The notes below the pieces were generated by a model. The model worked only from the letters and a program-made list of their open reading frames with translations. It did not search any database and was not told the origin of the DNA. Source: Candidatus Thorarchaeota archaeon (GTDB lineage: Archaea; Asgardarchaeota; Thorarchaeia; Thorarchaeales; Thorarchaeaceae). Taken from it: a stretch of 64,000 nucleotides of DNA. The stretch is taken from assembly GCA_048882325.1 (NCBI GenBank), contig JBHLRS010000017.1, positions 162-64,161 on the forward strand. Reading direction: 5' to 3'. Of the stretch, positions 47,662 to 57,546 are shown piece after piece. A program made the translations under genes and the position numbers. Every line of letters begins with the position of its first letter. The stretch's first letter is position 1.

Positions 47662-48852
47662 TCAAGTTTCAGGATTTAAATTTGAAGACAGACCACTTCC
47701 TACTAATCGAAGTAATGATATTCCAATGAGTAAGGCTAACAAGTTGAAAGTCATGTTCAACCATGAAATAGGTTGCACCCTGCCAAAGATGAATTGAGCA
47801 AATGCGCCTCCAATTATGGGACCAGCGAATGTTCCTGCATTCTGTGCTCCATAGATAAGTGACATGGCTCTACCACGTTCATCTTCATCTGTGATGTAAG
47901 CAGCTAAGGCACTTGTAGCGGTCGAGGACAGCGGATAGATTGGGAATGCCCATAGAATGCATGCTATGACTGGATCTGAAACTATCGCGAAACCAAAGGC
48001 GAATACCGAGTATGCTGCAAATGCAGCAATCAATACATTCACTGGCCCTTTATTGTCAACAATCTTTCCAATGTAACCAGTGATTAGGACTGCAATCAAA
48101 GTTGCTCCGGAATTCGCAAGTCCAACATATGCTGTCAGACCTCCCAATTCATCTACAATTATGATTGCCATGACAAAGGAAACAGAGTTCATCCCAATCT
48201 GATTAAGTCCAACAGCACTGACAAGACGGCTCATCCCAGGGATTCGGATAAGCTCACTGAAACTTTTCCCATTCTGTTTTGCTGTGAATTCAAACGGAAT
48301 ATCTCGAATGTAGATGACACAACTCAGGGTAGCAACAATACCCAGTACTGCTCCTACAAGAAATAATGTACGCATTCCTACGATGTCGTATATCAAACCA
48401 CTTCCGAGGGCACCGAAGAACCAACCACCTGACTGTGCAGCTAAAAAGAAGCCTAGCCGTTCACCCTTCTTGTCCGTATCAGTCGTTAGATGAGCCTGGC
48501 CCATAGGGAGTGCTGCAGAGGAGAATATCGCGCCGACTGCTCCAACAAATACAAACTGTACAACATTGGTCACCCAGAAATAGAAGAAGAAGGTTAAGGC
48601 ATACCCGAGGAATCCGACAATCATGAATGGTTTCCTTCGACCAATTCGGTCCGAGATGGTGCCCCAACCATTTGTCGCAAACATGACAACGATAGCAGGG
48701 ACAGACCACGCGAACGTGAGAACCAGGAAGTCTTCAACAAAAAGGTCATGCTTGACAAAGAAAGTCATCCATTGCCATATTATGGCTTGTGCCATTGCTT
48801 GGATGGAATAAGCCAAGTAGACACTGATGACAGCGCGGTTTCTCAATACCAT
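47662..48852 (-). CDS. MFS transporter
   Basis: 396 aa, 12 transmembrane helices. MFS loop motif GTISDRIGRRKPFM. Confidence 0.7.
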   Translation of the reverse strand: MVLRNRAVISVYLAYSIQAMAQAIIWQWMTFFVKHDLFVEDFLVLTFAWSVPAIVVMFATNGWGTISDRIGRRKPFMIVGFLGYALTFFFYFWVTNVVQFVFVGAVGAIFSSAALPMGQAHLTTDTDKKGERLGFFLAAQSGGWFFGALGSGLIYDIVGMRTLFLVGAVLGIVATLSCVIYIRDIPFEFTAKQNGKSFSELIRIPGMSRLVSAVGLNQIGMNSVSFVMAIIIVDELGGLTAYVGLANSGATLIAVLITGYIGKIVDNKGPVNVLIAAFAAYSVFAFGFAIVSDPVIACILWAFPIYPLSSTATSALAAYITDEDERGRAMSLIYGAQNAGTFAGPIIGGAFAQFIFGRVQPISWLNMTFNLLALLIGISLLRLVGSGLSSNLNPET

Positions 48853-48978
48853 TTCTTTACTTCCTTTGGCCTAAACCCGCGAGCAGCATGGCCTCCTTAA
48901 GGATGTGACGATAGTGATGGTTTCGTGCGTGAGTAGTATGGTATTTGTATAAGATTAGCTTCATGTCTTTGACCCACA

Positions 48979-50151
48979 ATGACTGAGGGAGAGAGCCAAG
49001 TGGTCGAAGAGTTCCTTGAGGAACCAGTCAAGAAGAGACCATACTATTATCAGCTTGATGTAATGAAGGCAATAGCAATTGCTTTCGTTGTGTTGGATCA
49101 TAGCTTAACCTGGGAAATCAAGGGTGCGATGGGTAGTGTGTTCTGGGAGCGACTATCGATACCATTCTTCCTCATTGTAATGGGTTTCAACATGGGAGTA
49201 TCATTCCAATATCGAGGAACTTCTAGGTTGAAAGACCTTTACTCAATTGCTTATTTCAAGCGGAAAATCAAACGATATGTTTTGCCTTTCATCATTCTCT
49301 ATATACTTTCAATCATTCTTGGGATTACATTTGGATACCTTGACAAAAGTGAGAGACTATGGCTCCTGTTCCTCCCTTTCTGGGGACCGGGTAATTGGTT
49401 CATTCCACTTTTGTTCGGCTCTATTCTTGTCTTTCCAATCATTTACTGGATGTTTGACAGATACCCTATTATCACTGTTGGATTGTGTTTTCTCAGTGAG
49501 CTCATCATGCAGAGGCTCCTCTGGGACCTCTACCCAACTGCAGCGACCGAATACGACTGGTTTGTCATAACTGCAATTCGTGTCAATGTCCTGTTCTTCC
49601 TACCTGCTGTTGGGATAGGTCTCTGGTTCTCGAGAGGATATGAACCAACGCGAAAGAGAAACCAGTTCATCTATCCCTATCTATTTATCAGTATGATCTT
49701 TATGATCGATTATGCTACGATTTCACCTGTAACTAGGAAAGGCATCATTGGCGCAATACCAAATTTGATTGGAGATTTCTTCACATTTGTGCAGGATTTC
49801 ATCAGAGGAGACTATACATTCCTCTTCTATGGTTATGCAGCATTCCTCTTTTTGCTTTTCATGATGATGATTCCACAGACTGCCTCAGGAGACCTTCAGA
49901 AATTCATTGAGAGAGTAGGGAAGTCGACGTACCACATTCTCCTCTTTCAGATATTCTGGATGTCAATTGTCTATTGGAGTATCTATCAGAGTGCAGTTAT
50001 GCAACATGAGATTCCACAATTCATGGCCGAGCTTGGTTGGCCTTCACCACTCTACTATATCCCATTCTATCTCCTGAATGTGTCAGTTGCATTCACTGGA
50101 GGGATGATCTGGTACGAGGTTGAGAGAAGAGTTCTCTATAGAAAGTCATGA
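48979..50151 (+). CDS. acyltransferase family 3 membrane protein (O-acyltransferase-like)
   Basis: MKAIAIAFVVLDH N-terminal acyltransferase-3 motif and about 10 transmembrane helices. Confidence 0.6.
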   Translation: MTEGESQVVEEFLEEPVKKRPYYYQLDVMKAIAIAFVVLDHSLTWEIKGAMGSVFWERLSIPFFLIVMGFNMGVSFQYRGTSRLKDLYSIAYFKRKIKRYVLPFIILYILSIILGITFGYLDKSERLWLLFLPFWGPGNWFIPLLFGSILVFPIIYWMFDRYPIITVGLCFLSELIMQRLLWDLYPTAATEYDWFVITAIRVNVLFFLPAVGIGLWFSRGYEPTRKRNQFIYPYLFISMIFMIDYATISPVTRKGIIGAIPNLIGDFFTFVQDFIRGDYTFLFYGYAAFLFLLFMMMIPQTASGDLQKFIERVGKSTYHILLFQIFWMSIVYWSIYQSAVMQHEIPQFMAELGWPSPLYYIPFYLLNVSVAFTGGMIWYEVERRVLYRKS

Positions 50152-50201
50152 CATACTGCTTCAGCCATAGAGTATTTCAAGCACTAAGGAGTGGATAAAC
50201 T

Positions 50202-51329
50202 ATGGCACCCAGTGATGAAGAAGTGACAATCAAAGTTGAGAACTTGAAAGCATACTACACTTCAAAGAAGGGACTTGTCCGCGCTGTGAACAATGTGAGC
50301 TTCGAGGTTCGAAAGGGTGAAACTGTTGGCCTTTTTGGGGAGTCTGGTGCTGGAAAAACAAGTGTAGCCCTAGCCATCTTAGGAATGTTTGATCAGCTCT
50401 CACGATACTATGCTTCAACAGCAGCCAATGAAGAGAACAAGAGATTATGGGAACTCAAAGATAAGGCGAGGAAGGAAGGACTCACTTCAGCTGAGGTTGG
50501 CGAAGAATTGCCTGGTGTTGAGGGACACATATGGTTCCATGGCAAAGACCTCGTGTTCATGGAAGAAAAAGAATACAGGAAATTGCGAGGGGACAAAATC
50601 ACTTACGTCCCGCAAGGCACGACAAAGTCACTAAACCCATACTCGAACATCGAAGAACAGACTTCTGAAGTGCTCTGGGTCCATGACGAGGATGATGAGC
50701 TTCGAGAATGGCAAGTCATGAAACGTGTCCTGCAGACGCTTGACCTCGTTGAGCTTGGTGATGTTGACATTCGTAAAGAAATGAAACCAGGGCAATTCAG
50801 TGTGGGGGAAGACCAGCGAGTCTTGATTGCAATGGCACTCATTTCACTTCCAGATCTGATGATAGCAGATGAACCAACTACAGCCGTAGATGTTGGACTT
50901 CAAAATAGAATTCTTGATGCAATAAAAATAGTACGAGATGAACTTGAGCTCTCAATGCTTCTCATCAGTAACAGTCAGGGAACAATTGCAGAAACCTGTG
51001 ACCGAGTGGGAGTGATGACCGCAGGGCATATCGTAGAATTCGGAGACACACAAAGGGTACTCAACAATCCGGGGCACCCATTCACTCGGGCGTTTATAAT
51101 GAGCAATCCAACCATGGAAGTTATCCGAAAAATCAAGGAGAAAGGTCTTCGAATTCGTGGCATTCCTGGGAGACCTCCGGACCTTTCAGAACCTATTGTA
51201 GGTTGTCCTTTCAGTGAGCGCTGTGAATTTGTCCAGGACATATGCAGAGAGAAGATTCCTGAATACCGTGAAGTTGAAAAGGATTATTGGATACTATGTC
51301 ATAGGTATGAGGAACTCCCGGAGTGGTAG
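50202..51329 (+). CDS. ABC ATPase-like protein with degenerate signature and H-loop (non-canonical, orphan)
   Basis: Walker A GESGAGKTS and Walker B LMIADEPTTAVD are intact. The signature LSGGQ is replaced by FSVGEDQR. The H-loop is ISNSQG with no His. There is a 70-aa insert between Walker A and the Q-loop. An Opp-type C-terminal Cys domain is present. No adjacent SBP or permease. Confidence 0.75.
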   Translation: MAPSDEEVTIKVENLKAYYTSKKGLVRAVNNVSFEVRKGETVGLFGESGAGKTSVALAILGMFDQLSRYYASTAANEENKRLWELKDKARKEGLTSAEVGEELPGVEGHIWFHGKDLVFMEEKEYRKLRGDKITYVPQGTTKSLNPYSNIEEQTSEVLWVHDEDDELREWQVMKRVLQTLDLVELGDVDIRKEMKPGQFSVGEDQRVLIAMALISLPDLMIADEPTTAVDVGLQNRILDAIKIVRDELELSMLLISNSQGTIAETCDRVGVMTAGHIVEFGDTQRVLNNPGHPFTRAFIMSNPTMEVIRKIKEKGLRIRGIPGRPPDLSEPIVGCPFSERCEFVQDICREKIPEYREVEKDYWILCHRYEELPEW

Positions 51330-51347
51330 AGTTCAGAGGAGGACAAC

Positions 51348-51617
51348 ATGTTGCTAGCATCAATTGATGAACCACCGCCATATATGCCACCACCACGAAC
51401 AAAACCTGAGGGTTCTCTAGCAAAGATTGCTGGATCAGGTTTCATTTCAATTTGCACATGTATATGTGGAGTATCTTTGTTCATTCCGTTTATGATGTTC
51501 ATTCCATACGGATATGGACCTCCCATTGAATTCATGATGCTTGGTCTGATTTTCATTGTGGTTAGCTGTGGAACAGGATATATCTGTTGCAAAGGAGCAA
51601 TCGAAAGTTCAGGGTAG
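51348..51617 (+). CDS. small Cys-rich membrane protein with PPPY motif
   Basis: GAGGAGG RBS 6 nt upstream. 89 aa, EPPPYMPPP near the N-terminus, two transmembrane helices with CTCIC and CC motifs. Confidence 0.4.
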   Translation: MLLASIDEPPPYMPPPRTKPEGSLAKIAGSGFISICTCICGVSLFIPFMMFIPYGYGPPIEFMMLGLIFIVVSCGTGYICCKGAIESSG

Positions 51618-51629
51618 ACCTGCTGAACC

Positions 51630-52676
51630 TCAGAAAATAGATTGAATCAGATCAGCTGCAGATTGGAAGTCACGTAAGCTACCCTCAAACTGCTTTAGAA
51701 CAGTTCCGAACTCATACTCGAATCTATCAGTGAACTCTTGGACTTTGTCCAGAAGAACCTTGTATGGTTTTCTTGCGATGAGTACACTGGTGAAAGCAGC
51801 TCCATGTGCAAACAGAATGTCATACTCACCAATTGAAACCACATTCAATCCGGTTTCACTCCTGGTTATCTCCTGGAAAAGAGATTGTACCCCTGCAATC
51901 CCTGCTGCAGTGAGAACTTGATCTATCTCTGGATTTTCAACAAACTGATAGTGACAAACCAAAATGCCGCCCATCTGGATAACATATAGTTCTAGGATTT
52001 GTTTATTCCAATCTAACTCATCCAGTGCGGGGGATGTTGAGAGGACATAACCAAAAATCAGAATGCCACCAGAGAGTAAGAATAGGCTCGAAGCATAGAT
52101 GGGTTCTCCTAGGAGATACCCGGTCTCTGAACGTCCTATGAATCCAATCCACCCAATAATAAATCCAAACACAACCCAATGAACGCTCCTTCGAACCTTA
52201 CCTGCAGTGCTCCCCCAAGTATAGCGGAGAAAGAGTGTGATTCCAACTAGGGCAATGATGGCATCGAAAAGAGCTAGAGGTTCGAAGAAATCTCGAGGGA
52301 TGAACAAGGGCAAGAATGTGGACACTACGCCAATTATGGGGAGGAGGTGTCGGGTCTTGTAGGGTAGAATCATCTCGATTGCAATATAGAAAGCTGTCAA
52401 TGCGATCATGAGTGCTATATATCCTGATGCAACCAACTGTGTGTTCAGTGGTTCTTCATATGCCCAAAAATCGGAGATCATGAAGAATGACGAGTTAATT
52501 GAAAGACCAAAGAAGAAGAGGGACCAAGCTAGACGAAGATCAAGAGTCTTTCTGAATTTGTCTTTGAACCATTGGCCTAAGAAGATTATGCCGAAAAGAA
52601 AGGAATAGAAAATTATGCCGCTGTGAAGAATGAGGAATATATCACGTGTTATTCCAACTTCTTCAAATAGTGGCAA
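51630..52676 (-). CDS. polytopic membrane protein with C-terminal cytoplasmic alpha/beta domain, paralog 1
   Basis: 348 aa, about 7 transmembrane helices, then about 130-aa soluble domain (LELYVIQMGGILVCHYQF...LNVVSIGEYDILFAHGAAFTSVLIAR...). The predicted secondary-structure order is beta-beta-alpha-beta-beta-alpha. Confidence 0.5.
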   Translation of the reverse strand: MPLFEEVGITRDIFLILHSGIIFYSFLFGIIFLGQWFKDKFRKTLDLRLAWSLFFFGLSINSSFFMISDFWAYEEPLNTQLVASGYIALMIALTAFYIAIEMILPYKTRHLLPIIGVVSTFLPLFIPRDFFEPLALFDAIIALVGITLFLRYTWGSTAGKVRRSVHWVVFGFIIGWIGFIGRSETGYLLGEPIYASSLFLLSGGILIFGYVLSTSPALDELDWNKQILELYVIQMGGILVCHYQFVENPEIDQVLTAAGIAGVQSLFQEITRSETGLNVVSIGEYDILFAHGAAFTSVLIARKPYKVLLDKVQEFTDRFEYEFGTVLKQFEGSLRDFQSAADLIQSIF

Positions 52677-52760
52677 ACATGATTCCTCCAGTAGCTTTCG
52701 TGAAAATCACATAGTTTGCAGCATATTTGAGTAAACCTCTGATATCTGCGAGATGCTGTT

Positions 52761-53810
52761 TCAGAATACAGACAACACTAGATCTTTTGCTGAACTAAAT
52801 TCTTTGAGACTGCCCTCAAAGTTCTGGATTATTGTTCCAAACATTAGCTCGAATGTTTCAGTGAACTCCTGCAGTTTTGCTAGCAGTACTTTGTATGATG
52901 CTCGTGCGATAAGCACTGAAGTGAATGTCTTGCTATGCGCGAAGAGTAGCTCAAACTGACCAACTGAAACAACATTCAAGCCGCTTTCACTTCTTGTTAT
53001 TTCTTGAAATAGTGATTGGACACCTGAAATCCCCGCAGCGGTAAGCATCTGGTCAATCTCGGAAGTTCGTACAAATTCATGATGAAAGATTAAGAGACCA
53101 CCTTGTTGAATGATATAAAGTTCGATGAGCTGCTGTTGCCAATCCAATTCTCCAAGTGCAGGTGAATAGATTGACCCGTAACCAAACACTACCAGACCAA
53201 TCACTAACATTGCTTCTCCAGTTAGATAGAGGCCCATACCAAAAGCATCGTAGGCCATATCACCTGAGAATATGAAACCAAAGTATCCAAGAAGGAATCC
53301 AGCAGAAATTGTTTGGATGCTTTTCTTTACCTTTCCAGATGTGTTCTTCATTGTGAAATTCAGGAAGAGAGCAACTGCTGCTAGAGTGACCAGGGCGATT
53401 GATACTGCTACTATATCAAGAAGTTCTCGTGGCATGAGAATTGCGAGAATAACATGTCCAAGACCAATAACGAAGAATACATGTCGTGTGTTATACGGAA
53501 GAATCAGTTCTATAGCAAAGAAGAAAGCTGAGAGTGCAAGAATGAGTCCTGCATAACCTAGTTTTATGAAAAATGTGTTCATTGGTTCAAGTACATAGTA
53601 GAAATCAGAACAGATGAATGCCCCCCGATTGACCACCATCCCTAAGAAAAAGGTCGCCCATGCAAACTGAATGTCAACAACCTTTCTCAATGGATTGTTG
53701 TACCATTCCCCATAGAGAATCATTGCCAGGAAGCAAGAGTAAAAGACAACTCCACCCATGAGTAATAGGTTGAGGTCTCTAATGACATCTCCAGGTGGAA
53801 AAGTTATCAT
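52761..53810 (-). CDS. polytopic membrane protein with C-terminal cytoplasmic alpha/beta domain, paralog 2
   Basis: 349 aa, collinear with paralog 1 at about 50% identity (LIELYIIQQGGLLIFHHEF...LNVVSVGQFELLFAHSKTFTSVLIAR). Confidence 0.5.
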   Translation of the reverse strand: MITFPPGDVIRDLNLLLMGGVVFYSCFLAMILYGEWYNNPLRKVVDIQFAWATFFLGMVVNRGAFICSDFYYVLEPMNTFFIKLGYAGLILALSAFFFAIELILPYNTRHVFFVIGLGHVILAILMPRELLDIVAVSIALVTLAAVALFLNFTMKNTSGKVKKSIQTISAGFLLGYFGFIFSGDMAYDAFGMGLYLTGEAMLVIGLVVFGYGSIYSPALGELDWQQQLIELYIIQQGGLLIFHHEFVRTSEIDQMLTAAGISGVQSLFQEITRSESGLNVVSVGQFELLFAHSKTFTSVLIARASYKVLLAKLQEFTETFELMFGTIIQNFEGSLKEFSSAKDLVLSVF

Positions 53811-53891
53811 GGCCTTGCATCCCCAATAGCCTAGTTCCCTATAGTTCTTGGGCGACCTTTTTAGTTATGCTAGGATGTACACTTGTCCTCT

Positions 53892-54410
53892 TCAATCTAT
53901 GAATCCCTTGAGAATTTCTAAGAGTGAGTCCACAGCAGTTCCCCATTTCCCTTCGATGTCTTTAGGTAGCTCCTTCGCGCCAATGATCCTGCGTATCTTC
54001 GCTATCTGACCAGCATGATAGATTCCATGTTGTGAGGTCCTCAAAGCAGCCCACGCAAATGATGGGCCTCCATCTCTTGGAGGAATTATTCGGAGCTGTT
54101 CCTCATCGCATTCTCTTATGATATTTGTAATCTTCTCAGTGTTCTCACTCATTCTAGCTGTGACTTCTTCCCAAGTGTCATGAATGACTGGTGGACCAAT
54201 CGGATTCTTGGCCTTATGAAACCAGTAAGTTTCAGCTGTGCCAATGTGCATAACAGTACCAGCAATTGACCTCGAGTATTCCTCACTCGTCACTTCTTTA
54301 ATTAGCTCATCAAGAGTCAGATCCTGTAACACGAAGTGAAGATGAGCTCTAGCATTGTTATGAGTTTCAATCACCTTTTCTCTGAACCAATTTGGTATCA
54401 CTTTAATCAC
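53892..54410 (-). CDS. DinB/YfiT-like (DinB_2) four-helix-bundle protein
   Basis: 172 aa. His-containing helices (HNNARAHLHF, HIGTAETYW, HGIYHAGQI) typical of DinB_2 metal-binding proteins. Confidence 0.45.
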   Translation of the reverse strand: MIKVIPNWFREKVIETHNNARAHLHFVLQDLTLDELIKEVTSEEYSRSIAGTVMHIGTAETYWFHKAKNPIGPPVIHDTWEEVTARMSENTEKITNIIRECDEEQLRIIPPRDGGPSFAWAALRTSQHGIYHAGQIAKIRRIIGAKELPKDIEGKWGTAVDSLLEILKGFID

Positions 54411-54412
54411 TC

Positions 54413-55591
54413 CTATTCTGGCGGTTCCTTGGTGACCGTAACTAGGTCATACTTCCTAGATCCCAATCCCATCTTCTCCGCATGGGATAATTGAAACTCA
54501 GCGAGTTCAAGAATTTCACCGCTCTCGGGATCTTTGCAAGCATGAGCCATTGCAAACTTACATGCCCCGCACTCAATATCAGCGACTGATGAATTGGGGT
54601 TTGGAGGTGCATCTTTAATCGCCTGTAATGTTGCCTCATCAATTGCCAGGGGGTCTCTAGAACCGAAAATACCGATATCATGCACGAGAAGAGGCGCCCC
54701 GTAGTTCCAGCAATCACATTTGTCTGATATGTCAATAGCGATATTGATGAAGTAGAATTTGTCAAGTCCAATAGAGCTGATTACTCCCACAGCATTCTCA
54801 ACAAATATCGGACCTTGGGTATGATTAGGACGCCATGTCTGCTTTACAGCTTTGGCTTCAACACGAGCGCAGACGTCAACGCAATGGTGACATGCAATAC
54901 ATCTCAACTCATCAACAACAGCCTTCTCTTCCATTGATATGCATCTAGTTGGACACACGTTTAGACACTTAGAACAACTGGGTCCCAAGCACTTCTCAGT
55001 ATCAACTTTGATATCACCGAGAAAGTGCATTGCAGCCTTCCCCTTCTTACCGACAAGACCAATCCCTAGATTCTTTATAGTTCCACCTATGCCTCCAATA
55101 CCATGCCCCTTAGCATGTGTCAGTACAATGACTTTGTCACAGTCAAGCAATGCTGTTGCGACATCCACACTCTTGATGAAATCTCCATCGACTTGAACAT
55201 AAAACACGTCGGTACCCCAATATCCATCAGCTATTACTAATGGAGCACCTACTGTTGCAGCAGTATAACCGTGTAACATCGCCATGCTAAGATATTCAGT
55301 GACAGTAGTTCTTCCACCATAGGCGCCTCCACCGCCATATCCAAGTCCAGTGGTTTCGGTGACAAATGGCTCACCACCAGCGGCTCTGACAAGGTCTACA
55401 ATTTTCCGCGCATATGCAGGTCGAAGGTAGTTTGTGTTACCCCACTGACCGAAGTGAGTCTTTATCATCACTTTCTCTCCAGGTTTGATTGCTTTGTTCA
55501 AACCAATCTCGTCGAAAATCTGTTCTAACTTGTCAATCATATTATAATCAGATCGGGTCTGCCTATCAGTGAAGTATACCTTTGATGCCAT
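54413..55591 (-). CDS. DUF362 (COG2006) Fe-S protein with embedded 2x[4Fe-4S] ferredoxin motif
   Basis: Start refined to the ATG at 55591 (MASKVYFTD, typical DUF362 N-terminus). Ferredoxin motifs CSKCLNVCPTRC...CIACHHCVDVC. Confidence 0.6.
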   Translation of the reverse strand: MASKVYFTDRQTRSDYNMIDKLEQIFDEIGLNKAIKPGEKVMIKTHFGQWGNTNYLRPAYARKIVDLVRAAGGEPFVTETTGLGYGGGGAYGGRTTVTEYLSMAMLHGYTAATVGAPLVIADGYWGTDVFYVQVDGDFIKSVDVATALLDCDKVIVLTHAKGHGIGGIGGTIKNLGIGLVGKKGKAAMHFLGDIKVDTEKCLGPSCSKCLNVCPTRCISMEEKAVVDELRCIACHHCVDVCARVEAKAVKQTWRPNHTQGPIFVENAVGVISSIGLDKFYFINIAIDISDKCDCWNYGAPLLVHDIGIFGSRDPLAIDEATLQAIKDAPPNPNSSVADIECGACKFAMAHACKDPESGEILELAEFQLSHAEKMGLGSRKYDLVTVTKEPPE

Positions 55592-55797
55592 GATTATTCG
55601 AACCTCACAGTGGTGATGGCAATCCACTAAATAACGGTTAGGCTTCACTGATTACTCAGATATATCTCGTTTCGATTTTCAAAAAGCTCGTGTGCTAACA
55701 AGAGAGCGACCTGGTTGTAGCATTTCATTCTTAAAAGGTAAGAAGTGTCTGCAATATCACTCATCGAATAAGATAGCACTTCATTCTTCCAAGAAAT

Positions 55798-56706
55798 ATG
55801 AATCTCTCATATACCGAAAAGGCTATCCATAATGCACTGATGCGTTTTGCTATGTCGACTGCGTTTGAATTTGACAATGACGCCATTGAGAGTTTCTGTA
55901 ACAATTATGGAATCACTATATCTTTGACACCCGAACAGATAGATAAACTTGGTATAAGTGGGAGAACACCCCTTTTAATTCAACAGATTTTGAGTGCGGT
56001 AGATCAACTGTTTCCTGCTGATGATAGCCAGAGGGAATTCGTTGAACAGATGGCCTCCGAATTTCATCCGATCAGTCTCTCGCTCTATGTCATAAACGAT
56101 GACCTTTGGAAAATTATGTCTCGTAAGCATGACTATCCTGATAGAATGCTCCCGATGACTACAATTCCATGGTTCTATTGGGAGAAGAATGCAGAGGGAA
56201 GAATGAATCCTTCTGGTATCAAAAGACTGTCAGAACGAAACGGTCCTCTCACAATAAGCTTCGATAAGAGTTTCCTTAAGATAAGAGGACAAGGAGGTGA
56301 TTTCTGTGGACTGCTCGAGGGAAGGATTGTTGATGAACGCAAAGGAATTAGACCACTTATTGTTCCAGGAGAAACAGGTCCAAAGAAGACTGTCCCAAAT
56401 TATGAATCTCAATTTCTCCAAATCATATTAGATACAAACAAGTCGAATATGCGACTGTATCCCAAGCCTATGGATGAACTTGATTACTACTACTCCGAAC
56501 ATCCAAAAGTTTTCTATGAACACGGTATCCTAATCGAAGTGGATGGAGAGGATGTAAGGTTAAAGGTAGGGAGAAGAAAGGAAACTACTCTCCGTGGGAA
56601 AGTTATAATCCTCATAGGAAAGGACTTCGGGGAACTTTCAAATTCTGGCCAAATTGTGATGTTTCACATCTGGCTTTCTGCTTTATCGAGGGCTCCTTTC
56701 CGTTAG
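55798..56706 (+). CDS. hypothetical protein
   Basis: 302 aa, soluble, no recognisable motif. Confidence 0.4.
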   Translation: MNLSYTEKAIHNALMRFAMSTAFEFDNDAIESFCNNYGITISLTPEQIDKLGISGRTPLLIQQILSAVDQLFPADDSQREFVEQMASEFHPISLSLYVINDDLWKIMSRKHDYPDRMLPMTTIPWFYWEKNAEGRMNPSGIKRLSERNGPLTISFDKSFLKIRGQGGDFCGLLEGRIVDERKGIRPLIVPGETGPKKTVPNYESQFLQIILDTNKSNMRLYPKPMDELDYYYSEHPKVFYEHGILIEVDGEDVRLKVGRRKETTLRGKVIILIGKDFGELSNSGQIVMFHIWLSALSRAPFR

Positions 56707-56771
56707 AGCAGGATTTAAAATTCCTATTAATTCAACACACTCAGCAGATTACATAGACATGAGGATTGAAC

Positions 56772-57542
56772 ATGGAAATCACAATAGGTCTTTTACTCAC
56801 AGGTTTGTTCATCCTGCTTGTCACAGTCTATCGCATAAGAAAAGTAGTAGCACATCGGCAGCTTCAACATGAGCTTAGGGAGTCCTATGATGTTTCTGGT
56901 CTTGACCTGAGTGGGAACACACGCTATGCAAGTTGCTTTTCTCATTCGTGGGTGATGGACAATATCACGAGAAAGAGTCATTCAAGAATTGGTGCAAAGC
57001 TGCAGGAGTATTTAGCGAATAACACGCTGTTTGCAGGAATTTGGATTGGTCTGGTGGTGGGCCTATCCTCAATGTTTCTCACTTTTCTTTTCGTTCAATC
57101 ACTAAGAACGATTGGTACTGTAATCATCATATTTGCAGTGGGGGCTTTGATAGCTCTTGGTCCAGGAGGACCACGATACGCAGAGAATCTTCTTGATGCT
57201 GTTAGGAAAAGCGAGATAGAGGATTTGAATGCACAGGACTTTGTATATGTGAAAATTGCTAACGACACGATTGCTAGGTCAATCCTCATTAACATGATTC
57301 TTGCATCCCTGTTCATTATCTTAGCACCATGGGGAGAAATGCTTCCAGGACTATTTGCACAAGCCATAGCTCTATTCTCCGCGGGACTTCTCTGGGATCC
57401 CGCTTTGGTCCTTATGCAGTACAACTTGGGGATTGCATTATTTTATATAGCCGCAATCGTGGGCCTCAGTAGTTTCGTCTGTTACAGGATCGGACAACGA
57501 CTACTCATGGCAGAAGAAGAAGCACCAAGAACTCAATATTGA
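56772..57542 (+). CDS. hypothetical membrane protein
   Basis: ATG at 56772 with GAGGA upstream; the track gives a TTG at 56766. About 6 transmembrane helices. Confidence 0.4.
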   Translation: MEITIGLLLTGLFILLVTVYRIRKVVAHRQLQHELRESYDVSGLDLSGNTRYASCFSHSWVMDNITRKSHSRIGAKLQEYLANNTLFAGIWIGLVVGLSSMFLTFLFVQSLRTIGTVIIIFAVGALIALGPGGPRYAENLLDAVRKSEIEDLNAQDFVYVKIANDTIARSILINMILASLFIILAPWGEMLPGLFAQAIALFSAGLLWDPALVLMQYNLGIALFYIAAIVGLSSFVCYRIGQRLLMAEEEAPRTQY

Positions 57543-57546
57543 TTCT

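Noticed and set aside
52753-52959. 68-aa plus-strand ORF
   Set aside because: Antisense to the N-terminus of the membrane paralog 52761..53810. No RBS or motif.
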